A stretch of DNA of 64,000 nt from Blepharisma stoltei ATCC 30299. Lineage: Eukaryota > Protista > Ciliophora. Both the position numbers and the translations under genes were made by a program. The notes under the pieces were generated by a model, which saw only the letters and a list, made by a program, of their open reading frames with translations, had not been told where the DNA came from and did no database searches. Shown piece by piece: positions 1-13,762 of this stretch; within the stretch, counting starts at the first letter, position 1; each line of letters begins with the position of its first letter. The stretch spans positions 823,333-887,332 of the forward strand of contig CBFDEM010000062.1 of the NCBI GenBank assembly GCA_965603825.1, in the 5' to 3' direction.

Positions 1-68
1 GAAATTAAAACTAAAAACATTTAGGAAAACTCTAAATTCTATATTTATAAGAAATTATATATCTATTT

Positions 69-1556
69 TTAAAATAACTTTAACATCATTTCTTTGAATT
101 CCCTCAAATCGATTTCTCCATCTCCGTTTTGATCAACTTGCCCTACCAGATCTCTCCAAACTTCATCATTAGAAATCACTTCTCTTCCAAGGATATTCCT
201 AATTTCTTTTGCAGAAATTTTTCCACTATTATCATAATCAAACAGTCTGAACGCATTTTCTAAATTTTGCTTAGAAAGCAGAGATTCTCTTTTTGCTGAA
301 GCCATAATGAACTCTGAGTAATCAATAAACCCATTCCCATCTACATCGACTTCTTTCATTATCCTTTCTACTTCTTCCTCAGCTTGGTTTAGTCCCATAG
401 TACTTTGATATTGTGCTAATAGCTCATCTTTGCTAAGTTTTCCGTCACCATTTGCATCAAGAGCTCTAAAAGCTTGAGAAAGCTGGGAAACTTCATTTTT
501 ATTCATAAGCTGTGTAGCTATAAATGTCATGACTGCATGCTGGAGCTTTTTTTCTGCTCGAAATGAGGTTAAGTTTTCTAAGGCTTCTGCTGTCAAAATT
601 GATGCTTGGTTGGTGGCTTCTGGCATTAAAATCAGCCAGTTGCTTTCTAAGCATTGGGATGCTGAAGGTCTGTCTTGAGGTTTCATATTTAGCATTGATT
701 TTATGAGGTTTTTTGCATTTACTGAGACACGGTCCCAGGTGGCACCTTTCATTTGGTATACCCCTTTTTCTACCCTTGATAGGATTTCTGAATCTGTTTC
801 TCCATAAAACGGGGGTTTCCCACTGAGTAAAATATATAAAATTACCCCGCAGCTTCATATATCGCATTTTTCGTCATAATTTTTTTTTAATACTTCAGGT
901 GCGATGTAATATGAAGTTCCATATCTATGCGTTAATCTTTTAGAATGGTCAATTACTATTGAAGTTCCGAAATCGATGACTTTTAAAGTTGCAGAAGAGT
1001 CTTGTCGGTCTAATAATAGATTTTCAGGTTTTAGGTCTCTGTGTACAATCCCATTTGAATGACAATAATTGACTGCACTTAAAATTTGTTTGAAAAAATG
1101 TGCAGCAACTGGCTCGGATAAGTTTTTACTTGACACTATATAATCGAATAATTCTCCTCCTTTTACAAGCTCTGTAACTAAATGAAAATGCAGCTGGTCT
1201 TCATAGAATTCATAAAGTCTAACAATGTTAGGATGATCGGCTGTTTTTAGGACTTCTACTTCAGCGAAGAATTTGTCTTTTACAAGCTGGTCTTCAGAGA
1301 TGCTGGATTTTTTAATAGTTTTTATTGCTCTTTGCTGTCCTGATATTTTATGTGTCCCCACTCTTACAGACCCAAATGCCCCTGATCCCAGCTTAGGTCC
1401 CATTGTATAGTCTTTTAAAATATCTGTTTCCCTATGGACGACAAATTGTCTGGGTTGGATTTGAAGGTCCTCAGTACTTGAAACAACTTTTGACTCTTGC
1501 GATTTATTTGCTTTAGTAACTGTCCCTTTTCGTGCTGAATTCGAGATGCAACCCAT
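69..1556 (-). CDS. Calcium-dependent protein kinase (CDPK), 495 aa
   Basis: ORFs 855..1556 and 69..752 join in frame through TGA at 855-857 read as Trp ([21 protein letters not shown]). Kinase motifs LGSGAFG, HRDLKPEN, DFG and APE are followed by four EF-hands (DANGDGKLS, DVDGNGFID, DYDNSGKIS, DQNGDGEID). N-terminal MGC suggests acylation. Confidence 0.95.
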
Positions 1557-1789
1557 ATTTTTGTGAATTTTTGCTAATTATAAATAATTGGTTATTTTGA
1601 ATTCTTTTAATATTTACCAAGTTTTGAAAATCGCAGATTATAATTAATTATGTTTTTGCAATATTTACCTTTTATAATCATTTTTATTTAAATAAATAGC
1701 AAAAATCTAGCACATTTATTTACAACGACATTTAAATTACCATTTGAAATAATTTTTAATTATTTTTTACCTTGCTATAATATTTTGCC

Positions 1790-4700
1790 TTATTCGTTTA
1801 CTTTATTTAGCAGATTGCTAAATTTGGCTTTTAATTCCATCAAATTTGTGCTTAGCTGTATAGGCTGGTTTGAAGCTGACAGGCCATATCGTTGTTTCAT
1901 CATAGATAAGCGATTTTGAAATTCTTGAATATTTAAGCTTTCATCTGTATGTGACTCTTTTTCTGCATTTTTATTTTCCCTCATCTTGTGTAGATCTTCT
2001 GTAATTTTATTATAAAGTTCTGGTGAAGCTTGGCTTAAAAAAGCTGCTAAATCTGCTTTTGGATTTTTTTCGACATGCTCAAAAAGTTCTTTTATTGCTA
2101 AATCATAGTCAAGCTCTTCATTTAAGCGAGAAAAGATTGAGCTTAATATAGGGTCTTGTGGAGTCTTCAATATCTGTGGTGAATTTATCATAATATTTGT
2201 GGTATTTTTTGCAAGAAATGAATTAATTCACTTTTCGATATCTTTATCAAGCTTTTCATGGCTTCTTATAGCAGAATATGACTCCCAAATTGCTTCTCCT
2301 TTCAAATTAACTAGCTCATTAATTATCGTTTTGATAGCTTTTATCACCATTTCATCATTTTTAGCTGCAGCTTTTGTTTTATTTTCAGTTAAATACTCAT
2401 GCATCACAATTAAGACCTTATCAATTTCTAATTGAGAAACAAAACTGTTTAAAATTTTGCCTAATTTTAATAAGCACCTAATTATAATCCCAGGAATTTT
2501 TGGTAATTTTGCATCATTTATATATTTCGTTAAAAGCTTTATCAGTACCACAAACACTATTGTCGGCTTACAATATTCTAGCACCTTCAGCATAGCTCCA
2601 TTTAGAGTTTTCATCATAATTTCCCCTTCCCGGTTATCCCCTATTTTTTCAAGATTTTCAATGAGCAGCCTTTTAAATATTTGTTCAGTCACCACAAATA
2701 AAAAATTTTCACTGATTTCTTGCATTATTAATTTTGTGCAAAAAACCTTATGAACAACGTTTAAAAAATATTTAGCAAAGCGTAAAGGAACGTCTTCTAT
2801 TGGCCTTTCAAATGTGTTGATAAAGACTTTGGAAATTGCGTCTATTAATAAGTCAGCTTTTTGTTGGAATTCTTCTTTATAGGTTTCCAGGTTATTTAAA
2901 ATCATATCGTTTATCCCGACAAGAGCATCGACACGTGAAGACATGTTTCCGCTGATGAGAGTTTTGATGTATTTATCAAGAATTGTGCATGAATTTTGAG
3001 GGTCAGAGAGAAGACTTTCATCATTTTTGATGGATAGTGGAGGGGTTGATAAGGCTTCAAACTCAGAAAATCGATTTTCGTCTCATTTTATGCGGATTGT
3101 TTCTTGCTTAGGAGGGTAGTTTTTAGCTATATTTGTAATGGAAGAAAAAGCTGTGGAGGGCTGAGGAGCTTGAAGCATTGGATACTGAGTAGGGGCTTCA
3201 ATAGAGATTTGGCTTGAATTTTGACGAGAAATTAGTTCTGAGTTTTGAGGTAAAATTTGGCTTGAATTTTGACGAGAAATTTGTTCTGAGTTTTGACGTA
3301 AAATTTGGCTTGAATTTTGACGTAAAATTTGGCTTGAATTTTGACGTAAAATTTGTTCTGAGTTTTGACGTAAAATTTGTTCTGAGTTTTGACGAGAAAT
3401 TTGCTCTGAGTTTTGACGAGAAATTTGCTCTGAGTTTTGACGAGAAATTTGCTCTGAATTTTGACGAGAAATTTGCTCTGAATTTTGACGAGAAATTTGC
3501 TCCGAAAAATTGTCTAGAATCTGTTCAGGTTGGCTAGAAATTTCTATATTGGGAGCTTGATAAGATTGGCTAGGATTTGAAAATTCTAATAAGTTTGGAA
3601 TTTGAATTGAAGCATCAGTTAAGCCCGGAAGCGGAACTAAAGCATCTTCTAAACCCTGAATCTGCATTAAAGATTCTGTTATGCTTGGTATTTGAATTAA
3701 AGAATCTTCTGAGCTTTGAATCGACGTTTCTGTTAGCGAATTGCTTATAACTAAGCTTGGAACCTCCACATTTTCTGCAGAAAAACTCTTCAGTAGCCCT
3801 TCATTTTCGATTTTATCAATATTTAGTGCATACATGCTCCTCCTTTTATGAGCTAAATCTCTCGGTGATTTTACAGGAATTTGCACTTCTTCACTTTGTG
3901 ACCGCAAAAAACTGTCTTCTTCAGTGTCAACAATAGCCTCATTTAAATCCTCGAATTTAAATATTTTATTTCCTCTTGGTGTTACTACTTTACTATGTTC
4001 TTCATCTTTTTTTCTTAATTGTGGCTTTAATGCATTTATGCTAGAAATTGAAGGCCCTGAAAGAGACTTAAACCTTTGCTCTAGTAAGTCTTTAGCTTTA
4101 TCAGGGATTTCTCCTATTAAGGATCATATCTTGTCACCGATAGTTTTATAGCATTCGCCTATAGTCCCAACAGCAGAATTTCTGACGTTGTTGTCAGGGC
4201 TGTTAACAGATTTAGCAATTGTTTTTATATCTCGAGGCTGCACAAGCCCTGAGCCGAATTCTTGAACTAGGCTAGTTAATTCGTCTAAGCACTCAACCTT
4301 GCTTCTAGCGTTTTTGGAGGATAAGCTTTGCAAGACTATTAAAAATACTTTTTCTGGAGGGTGGATTTTGGCTGTGCTATGTATAATATTCCTTATCATC
4401 TGCCTAAAAATTGCATTATTATGTCCTGATTTTTCGCAAAAAATGGGAAGAAAGAGATATGCTTCTCCTTCACTTAGCGAATAATTATCCTCTTGTAGAG
4501 CATTAATCAGCTGTGCCGCGAACTCAAATAAAGCTTTATAAATTTGTGGATTGTTCCCTTCTGACAGCTTAAGCCAAATAAATTTAAAAATTAAATCAAT
4601 CACGTCTTCCATTTCTCTTCTTTGAGAATTCAATAAATTTGACAAAATTTGGATCGATTCAATCTGTTTTTTGAAGTCTGAAGAGTATAGTAAATTGAAT

Positions 4701-7700
4701 AAATCATTAGAAAATGCTGCCTTCATGTCTGCTTTTAGCTTTTCAACATAATCCTGTCTGAGCTCCTCTACATTTCATTTGTGTTTGGCTTCAAAATCCA
4801 GTCTTTTTTCTTTTCCTGGCATAGGAGTTATAGAAAATTCTAGTGACGCTTGTTCTTGAAGTTTTGCTACAGGTTTTGGGGGTTTTAATCCATCATTTTC
4901 ATTATTTTTTTTCCTTGCTGAACTGCCCACTGAGCCTTTAGAATTTGATCTCGACGTGTTTTTTGCACTTGCTGGTGGCCTCCTTGGCAAATCTTCACTA
5001 TTAATTTCTGCATTCCCTCTATATTTATCAAAAATCCCTGTAAGTGTTTTCATAACCGCTGGTTTTATATCAGTCAAAAGTGGCTGAAAAATCTCAAAAC
5101 CTACCAAATTCACAATTTCCCCAAATAAAATTTCTGCTGAATTTCGGATATTTGCACTTCTGTCTTGTAAACAAGCCAAAATACTAGGTGCCATCTGCTT
5201 TATGTCGCATTTTGGGAAATTTTCTTTGTGAGCTAAAAGCCAATTTAGCAGCTCCGCACGAAGATCTGGGTTTTCTTGCAATAAAGGCTGAGAACAGTGA
5301 ATTATTATAGATTCAGGGCCAGCTTCTGATGACCATTTGTTAATAGCTGCAAGGGCATCTTGTCTTAGCAAAGAATTGCTATCAGATAAATTTGTAAGGA
5401 TTCCTGGGATTATTGATTTTGATATAGAGGCTGACTCAAGGCCAAGCGCTTGGGCAAGTTTGCATGATAATCCTAAAGCTTGCCTTACAAGTGACTTATT
5501 AGGGTCAGCTAGCCTTGCTTTTAAAGCTTTAATAAATAGCTCAAGCCCCGTCGGCAGAATTCTCGTCCCACTTTGGTCAATAATGGCTTCTACTGCTTCT
5601 AGCCCTTCTTTTCTTATCCTTCAATTAGAATCTCCTAGCTTTTTAAGTATCCCAGCGTTTATTTGTGAACTTATATTTGCTCGAGGAAACTGTGAATCCA
5701 GCATTTTATTGGGGTCAATTTTAATTTCTTCTTCTCCTCTGGCTGTTTTATAGCTTAAATTTACAATTATTTCTGTTTTTGAAAATTCTTCTTGTAAAAC
5801 CTTTAAAGATTGCTCTTTAATATCAGAAATCAATGGAATAATTTTTTCGCCTATATGTGAATATATAGTTACCATAAGGCTTTGTGCTGATTTTTTGATT
5901 GCTGCATTAGTTTGCGAGACCCCTGATTTTGCATAATCAACGACTTCTTTAATATTTACCATATGAATCCCATATTCACTAATAATTTTACTTATAATTG
6001 AGTAGCATTCTGAGACGACTTTTGGCTTATTGCAGTCATTTGTATTTTTTATGATAGAAGCCACCACAAATCTTGGTCCTACGCACTCACAAATACTAGA
6101 AATGCAAGCATTATATGGCTTAATCAGATTTATATCGGAGAGTTTATCAAGGGCTTGAGGTAAAAATGCGATAGAGACTGCGCGTTTTGAAAGATTGCAA
6201 TTATTGGCTATATAAGAAATGAGGTCAAATGCAGCTTTATTGACGTTGAAATTGTTTTCTTTTCAGTCTTTTACAGTGTTTTTTATGAATTGTAATAAGC
6301 CTTCACTGTTTTCTGAAGCTTCTTGTTGATTATTTGTCACCCATTCTAGCAGCTGCTGGAGACCTGCTTGTTTTTCTTTTCAATTGGCACCATTTTTGAG
6401 TTTTTCGAAGGTTTCTGATGGGATTAAAGGTAAAATTAAATTATCGACATCTTCTGAGGATAAAGAAGACTGTATATCTTCATCTGGCTGTGTAGACGTT
6501 GGACTTTTTGGTGGCAAAGATGGCTTCTTTGGATTTGACGGCGGTTTAGCCTGCTGCGGAGCTGAGGTCACGCTTTTTCTATGTCTTCTTTGCAGTTCTG
6601 GCTTTTCTTCTTCTACATTAATTGTCCTATCTACACTTTTGTCTCTTTTTGTGACCAAAACTCCTCCAGCTTCTTCAATTTTTTTCATTTTCGCTGGCGG
6701 GAGGTCTTTTAATATTGGATTAATAATTTCCGGGCATTTATTCAATAAGCAAGACAGCATTTTAAAGCAGGAATTTCTGACGTCAGGTTTGCTATCATCT
6801 GTATTTTTTTTTAAAATTAGGGCGATAGATTTGGCGACTTTGCTTACTTGATCATCACTCATAGTAGTAAAAACACGCTCGAGTCATTGGGAAGTGTTTA
6901 TTTTTACAGATGGAGTTTTGTCTTCTAAGGCATCTTTTATGTCTTCTATGGCTTGCTCAATATTTAAGCTATACATAAGGTTGTCAAGAGCTGTGTGGGC
7001 TTCTTGGAGGACGAGACTTTTGTTGTCTTTGAATTTTTGTAAAAATGTTGACAAAAATTGCTTAGCATAAATATCGAAAAATTTTCTTTGGCCTTTCGCA
7101 AGAAGTCCTATCATTTTCATAGCCTGCATCATAACATTGACATTTGCATCGTTAACTAGCCTTTTTGCTAGAGTCGTCAAAGCAATTGGATTTTTTTCAG
7201 CCAGTTTTGGATAGTTTAACTCTGCATTCAATTCTTCTAATGCTGCCTTCTTTTCAACCCACTTTTCCATAGCAAGGACTCCATCTGCCCATCTTTCATT
7301 ATATTTATTAAAAATATCTTTGGCGTCTGCCATATCATAAATATCAATTTCTGCCTTTTTTTGCCCTCCAGCTTTATTTTCTTCTAATTTTGGCTCCTGC
7401 CCTATAATTCATCTGGTAGCTGTTGGGCGTTCTGTTATTTCTTCAAATACTCTTTTTAGCTCATCTTGCTGGGCTTTTTTTAATTTCTCGATGCTGGGGA
7501 AAATTAAATCCCTTACCCATTTATAAGTTTCTTTATAAAAATTCAAGGCTTCCCCTCTTACTTGGGCATTGCTCACTCCTGCGAATTTTTCCATAATAGA
7601 AACAAAGGGTTTAAAGGACAAGGCTTTGGCTCCATAGGCGCCTATTATTGAATTTACACTTGAAATAGCGGCTGCTTGGATTTTTAAATTTTTATTATTC

Positions 7701-8308
7701 AAAGTTGCAGTCAAACCATTAATAAAAGGTTCTTGAGTTGTTCTATGAATTCCATAAAAATCAAGTAAAATATTAGCAGACTTTTGCTTTATGTTTGCTT
7801 TTGTATTAGAAATACCTTTTTCAATAAGCGCTTTTGTGAGTCCTTCGCTGCATGTTACTATCATATCTGGTTGCTTTTCAATGTAAATGCTAAGAATTTC
7901 AAGACCATTTTCTTGTGCTCCTGCATGTGAGTCAGAAATGAACTTAATAATCAGATCTAAATAAGTATCAAATGGTGGATTTGGCTCATTTCTTAATAAT
8001 CCAGCTAATTCTTCAAGGGCTTTTACTCGAGTTTTCCAAGCTTTTGACTCAATTCGTGTTTCTAAAGGCCCTATTTCTTCAGCTTCTACTTCTCCAGGCT
8101 GCTCATCAGGAGGAAGATTATAATTTCCGGCCGAGCCTATCGGCTTCTCATCAGGATGGGAGCTTAATGGAGATTCATCTAAAGGAAGATTATATGATCC
8201 TCTCGAAATTAGAGGCTTTTCTCCAGTAGATAGTCTATTGGGAGTTCCTTCTTCAGGAATAGAAAGTTCATTTTGATCTAGTAAAGAAAATTCGTCTTGC
8301 TCTTGCAT
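1790..8308 (-). CDS. CKAP5: XMAP215/ch-TOG/MOR1-family microtubule polymerase (TOG domains), ~2172 aa
   Basis: Nine ORF fragments share one frame, separated only by TGA. TOG signatures include SKAWKTR, KWVEKK, KD-W-KENNFNV, DSN-W-RIRKE, EKSGHNN and SKNARSKVECLDE. The ORF ends in TAA. Confidence 0.9.
3207..3500 (-). repeat. Coding 24-bp tandem repeat, ~12 units encoding I(S/L)RQNS(E/S)Q
   Basis: Repeated units such as aaatttgctctgagttttgacgag are visible directly, inside the XMAP215 ORF. Confidence 0.95.
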
Positions 8309-8563
8309 TTTAAATAGAGAAATTTATAAAAAAATGCATAAGAAAAAAATATTAAAAAAGATTTTGGTTTTGTCTGAAATTTATTAATTTCCTTATGTTT
8401 GAAGAGATTTATTGAAACTACATATAAGCCGTATAGTAGCCTAGTATTGAGAAAAATTATTTTTACGTTATGGAACCTATAAAATATGAATTAATTTACA
8501 TAAAAACTGCTTAAATAAAGATTATTTATGAATTAATTAAATTTATACGTTTTTATCAAATAA

Positions 8564-11500
8564 ATGTCATCTCGTAAGGGAGGGAAAAAGGCTGCGGTCA
8601 ACTTAAGAAAAATAACAGTTCTTGACCAAAATACCTTAAGAGCTCTAGCTGATGAGAGAGGTGGAGATCTTGAAGATTGTAATATAACTGAGCTTGATTT
8701 TTCAGGAGAGCATTTTGAGCTAGAAAGTTTAGATGGGCTTCGCTACATTGCTTGGAGAAACTTAAAAGCTTTAGATGTGTCTAATAACACTCTAGACAAG
8801 CTTGATAAAGTCCTTAATAAATTCTCAACCTTCCAGACGATTATTGCTATGAACAATTTAATTACTGTTGTCGAGCTATCACTTCCTAATTTAACTGAGA
8901 TTGATTTATCTAGAAATTATTTGCGGCAAATTCCTGATCTATCAGGCGTTCCAAAGCTTGAAAGGCTTTTGCTAGGTTTTAATGAAATAGGAGGAGGCTA
9001 TGATGAATTATCAAATGTTCCTAATTTAATTTTGCTAGATTTATCCAACAACAGATTAAATTTTTCCCCTGTCGAACTGAACAGATTTATTGAAACTTTA
9101 ACAGGACTTAAAAAAATTGATAACCTTAGGGTATTTAATAATCCCTTTTGTGACAATATTCAGCAATACGAATACTATTTTATCTACCGAATAGACTCCC
9201 TCACAACCCTAAATAACGAGCTCGTAACCAAAGACCTAAAAGCAGAAGTCAAAAGAACCAAGCTAAAACCTTTAGAGCAAGTATTCAAAGACGCCACAGC
9301 GGCTCGACAAGCAATCCAAGGCGTCATCGAGCTGGAAACCGAAAAAATGCCAAAACTCGAAGATTTGCATTCAAATTTACAAAGAGCCAAAAACGACCCC
9401 ACACAATGCTTGATTTTATTTAAAAAAGTATCAAAAGACGTAGAAAATATAGTAAATAGGCCTGCTGAGAGGTTTATGATTTTTAAAGCAAACACTCCTG
9501 AAGAACAAAGCGCAATTCGTATGCACATTGACTCGTTTTTACAAGAAGCTGTTATGATGATTGAAGATATGCCGACTATGAGAACCCCAGTTTTAAGGCT
9601 TTTAGCGTCTCTGACTGAAGTAGAGGAAGGAAATTTCGGTCAAAAATGCTTAAAAATTCTACAAGACTTATTTGTGTCTGGTCCAGAAATCGCCCAAGAA
9701 ATTGAAGAAATTTTGAGAAAAATCATTATCCCAAAAATCAGGCAAAGTAAGGTAGAAAATATTTCGAAAGATTTGCTGAAAGGTGTGATTAGGCTATCAA
9801 AAGACCAAGATATTTCTGATATGTTAAGAGACTTGATTGATACCATGGCAGAATGAATGAGAACAGAAGTAAACGCAGAAGAGCTGAGGATTGTAGAAGG
9901 CGAGCTTGAAGAAGACTTAAAGCGCGACATCCACAGCTACGCTATAGCACTGGTAGCAGCCACTGCCAATGAAAGCAGAAATGCAGAAGCTATGACTGAA
10001 AAAAGAATCGCAGACTACACCGCAAGACTTCTTAAAGTAATGGAAAGAGAAACAGAGCCCAGCAATATGTTAGCTAAACAAGAAGGCATGAAAGAGACCA
10101 TCAGCAGGCTAAAACATGTCTTAAAAGTCATCGAAAATATGTCAAAAAACTACCCCAAATCTGCTGCTATTTTTGTAGCCGACGAAATTCACCAAAAATT
10201 ATTAAGAGACATATGGGAATATTCAATGTTCTACAAAGCAAATGGTTACAACTTTGGAGGCGGCTCTGGGGCAGTGTCAGAAACTGCCGAAATGATGTAC
10301 TATAAGCTGCTTACTTCTTATATAAACGCTTTAGCCGGCCTTTGTAAGGAAAGTAAATGTGTGGATTATATCAATACTTTAGCAAAAGAAATTCGTGACG
10401 AAATTCTTAACGTGGCCGTCATGCCAAAAACAGACCCAGTCCTTCTGACAGCCATTTTAGAACTAATTTATGCAATAATTTCCTCTCCAACTATGATAAA
10501 AAACGAAAACGCCAACACTTTTAAGCATTTTTCTAATTCTCTACAAAAACTTCTACCATTTTTGTCATATATGGGAGGGAAAAAATACAAAGATATTTGC
10601 ATTTTAGGAGAAAAATACGCTAAAGGGACTATGGTTGGGCAGGATCCTATTATAATTTCTTCCCTTACCAATAAGTATTTACATAACTTATTTATTTCGA
10701 TTATTCAGCTTATACAGTTTTTCTGCTATAAAAGTATAGACGAGTCCATACCAAAAGAAATAAAAACGTGCTGCGCGTCAGTTTCGTCAGCTTTAAATGC
10801 AAACAACAGAGAAGAATATCTTTTTAACTGTTTAGAAATCCCTAATGACAGCGTAAAAATCGCGGTTGTGCTTTGTTTGGACAAAATTCCTATATCAGAA
10901 ATTGATATAGAGGAAACTGGGCATATTGTAAGGGTGCTAGGGTCTTATAAAAATTTAGGTGTAGGGAGGACTGAAGAAGTTTTGAGCCAAATTTTTTTAC
11001 TTTTAGCGAAAATTGTAGATGATGAAGAAAAAGGGGAGGATTTTAGAAGCAAGTTTGGAGAAATGGTCGTCACTGAGTGTTTAAGTATTTTACATCGAAA
11101 CCAAATCAGAGATTTGAGAAGCCAAGAAGACGAAAATTTAGAAAAAATGTATTTGACGTCCACAGCTGTCCTTTTTTTAAAAAAATGCTCAATGCACCAA
11201 TCACTGCGGCCTTATTTAGAAAACTCAGTTGTGGAAGAAAAAATGAGGATGATTTTGAAAGCAGAAGAAATGTTTTCTACTGCCAAAGAAGCCCCTGTAG
11301 ACATAGAAAGAACGTGGCTTGGGAGCAATGTTGAGCCTTTACTGCTAAATTGCGTAGGAAACAACCATTTATGGCCTTACTCAGAAGTATCTTTTAGAGT
11401 AATCCAAAGAATTGCAGACGTCCTTATAGGAGCTCCAGAAAAAGAGCTATTTAAATCTCAGGACACTGAAGAAAACAAACTAGAAGCCCTAGTAGATTAC

Positions 11501-13750
11501 AATATAGAAGTTAATAAAGAAAGAATTAAAGAAGAATGCTCAGCCTGGGTCGTCTCAGAAGAAGCCAGTCTCGGGTTCAGCAAAGAACGCATCCACTTCC
11601 AGCACCAAAAATTCTGCCAAATCAAAGGAATTACCACCATTTTGACCTTTTTAATGGGAAAAAGCTCCCTAAACAGCTTAGAGCTTGAAAAAGAGCTGAC
11701 TGCCGAATATGACCCTATATACGAGCAGCAGACCTTATTAAGCAATATTTCTAATAAATGTAGCGAGCTTACCATTGATTATGAAGAGCAGGTAAAAAGA
11801 GCTGACGAAGAAGAAAACCGACAAATGGGGATGGAGGACTTAAATAGGCCAGAAAAATTAGACGACACAGGACTGCTTATGAAAGCTATGGAGGAACAAG
11901 ACATCGGCTCAGACGCCCACAGCTACGCGATTAGGAATAATGATTTTTTTATACAAAATTACAGGTGAATTAATGCTGAAAAATATATGTTGAGGTCCAG
12001 AATTTTGGCGGCTTTTTTAAGATGCATTTATGCTACTATTGAATTTGGGGATCTATCAATTAGACTGCATACGCTAGAACAAATAAAACACCCAGTGACA
12101 CTTAGAAATATTACAAAATTATGCGCGACAACAGGCTGGAAATATTCTACTTTGGCAGCGAAATATTTAAGGTGTGTAAAACATATCATAAAATTGTCTC
12201 CAATTTCGAATTTTAGACCTAAAGAAGACGTGGTTTTGCTAGAAATAATTTCTCATGCGGTGAAAGATATATTGGTACTTATGGATATAAAAATTACTAA
12301 TAGAGATAGGGAGCCGCTGTCTCCTGATGATTTTTTCTTATTGTCAGAATTAGCGTCACTGGGGTCAGGGATCTGTACAGCGATAGGCGCCTTTCAATGG
12401 TCTGATATTATTGATAGTGTTTATATAGAAAGAACGTCACAGATGATTAAAAGTGTCCAAGAGCAGGCTGAAGCGTATTTATTAGAACAGCTGATTCCTA
12501 CAGATTCAGTAAGGTTTTATGTGGAAATGCTATTTTTAATAATGACGTCTAATGAAAGAATGGTACAAAGCTCGTATTCAAAGCCAGAAAAAGAAATGCT
12601 TTATACTGATATGGCAAAAGATTTCATTGGAAATATTATGGGGACCTATATAGCCATTAGTGAGGACTCGAAATACAGGGTGCTAGAATTTTGCAAAATT
12701 GGGGAAATTTTTGAAAAAAAAATATTTAATCCGACTTATTTGCAAGAAATTTTGAACAGGTCAAGCACGATTCTGTTTGGATCTGAGCTGGCAAAGCTAA
12801 TGAAAAGAAAATATTTGGAATATAAGCTTGCAACGGAGCAGCTAGAGCGTGTAACAGCTGTTGTCTGGGCTGATATGGGTACCTATGGCTCAAACTCAAT
12901 TAAAAAAATGCTGATTCTTGTCACAAGTACCTGCCTACATCTTCTTAACCCTTGCACACAGCCTCCTTGTCCTTTATGTGGTGAAGAAAGATTCTGCCCT
13001 GCTCCTCCTACTTATGAAGTCAATATACAGTTTAGCGAGATCACAAAAATCATTTACATTCCTCAATTTCCTCAATTTGTAGCTATAAGATATGGCTCAA
13101 AAATGCTTATGTTTATTACCAAATCTATATCAGGTGGGAAAACACTAGGAGAACTATTAAGTGACGTCAAAACTGAGCTATCAAAATCTAGAGAAGAAGA
13201 AGAAGGTTACGCAGAAGATGAAAAAGAGCCAGAGTACCAAGAAGATAAGTGCTTTGTGGACTCTTTAGAACACTTTTTGTTTCAGCAGGATAAAGGAGAT
13301 TTGAAACTTATGATGTTTGCGTCTTTTAATCCTAATAAACCTATACCCTTCCAAGGATTGAAAATTTTTGTGAATGGGACATTATTTGTGGTGACGGCAA
13401 AAAGCTTGCTGCTAGTTATGAATGTAAACTTCAAACATTGGGAGTTTTTTAATCCTGATAATATTAAGAAAGCTGACGATGAAGAGCTTGCAAATATCCC
13501 GAAAACTTTGGTGAAAAATGACCTATTCTCAATTGTAAAAGAGCTTGACCTCGGAAAATCCTCAAACATTGTCATTCCTAGGGCTGGCGAGTTTAAATTT
13601 ATAATCGAAACTGACACCAAATACACCTTCCAGTTCGGGGATGATTTAGCATTAGAAATTTTCCAAAGGAATGTCATGAGAGATGTATATAAGCTGAAAG
13701 GAGGACAAAAAGTAAAAGAGCAGGACAAAAAAGGCAAGAAAAAGAAATAA
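8564..13750 (+). CDS. Large protein with N-terminal SDS22-like leucine-rich repeats, a helical middle and a possible C-terminal PH-like region, ~1728 aa
   Basis: Three ORFs join in frame via TGA at 9854-9856 and 11966-11968. LRRs include LKALDVSNN, LTEIDLSRN, LERLLLGFN and LILLDLSNN, followed by an LRR cap (NNPFC...Y...I). The ORF ends in TAA. Confidence 0.8.
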
Positions 13751-13762
13751 TAATTAAAGAAT

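Noticed and set aside
3214-3537. Plus-strand repetitive ORF (NFDEKFAL)n, or a CRISPR-like array
   Set aside because: It is the antisense shadow of the 24-bp coding repeat in XMAP215. The units are contiguous with no spacers, and the context is eukaryotic.
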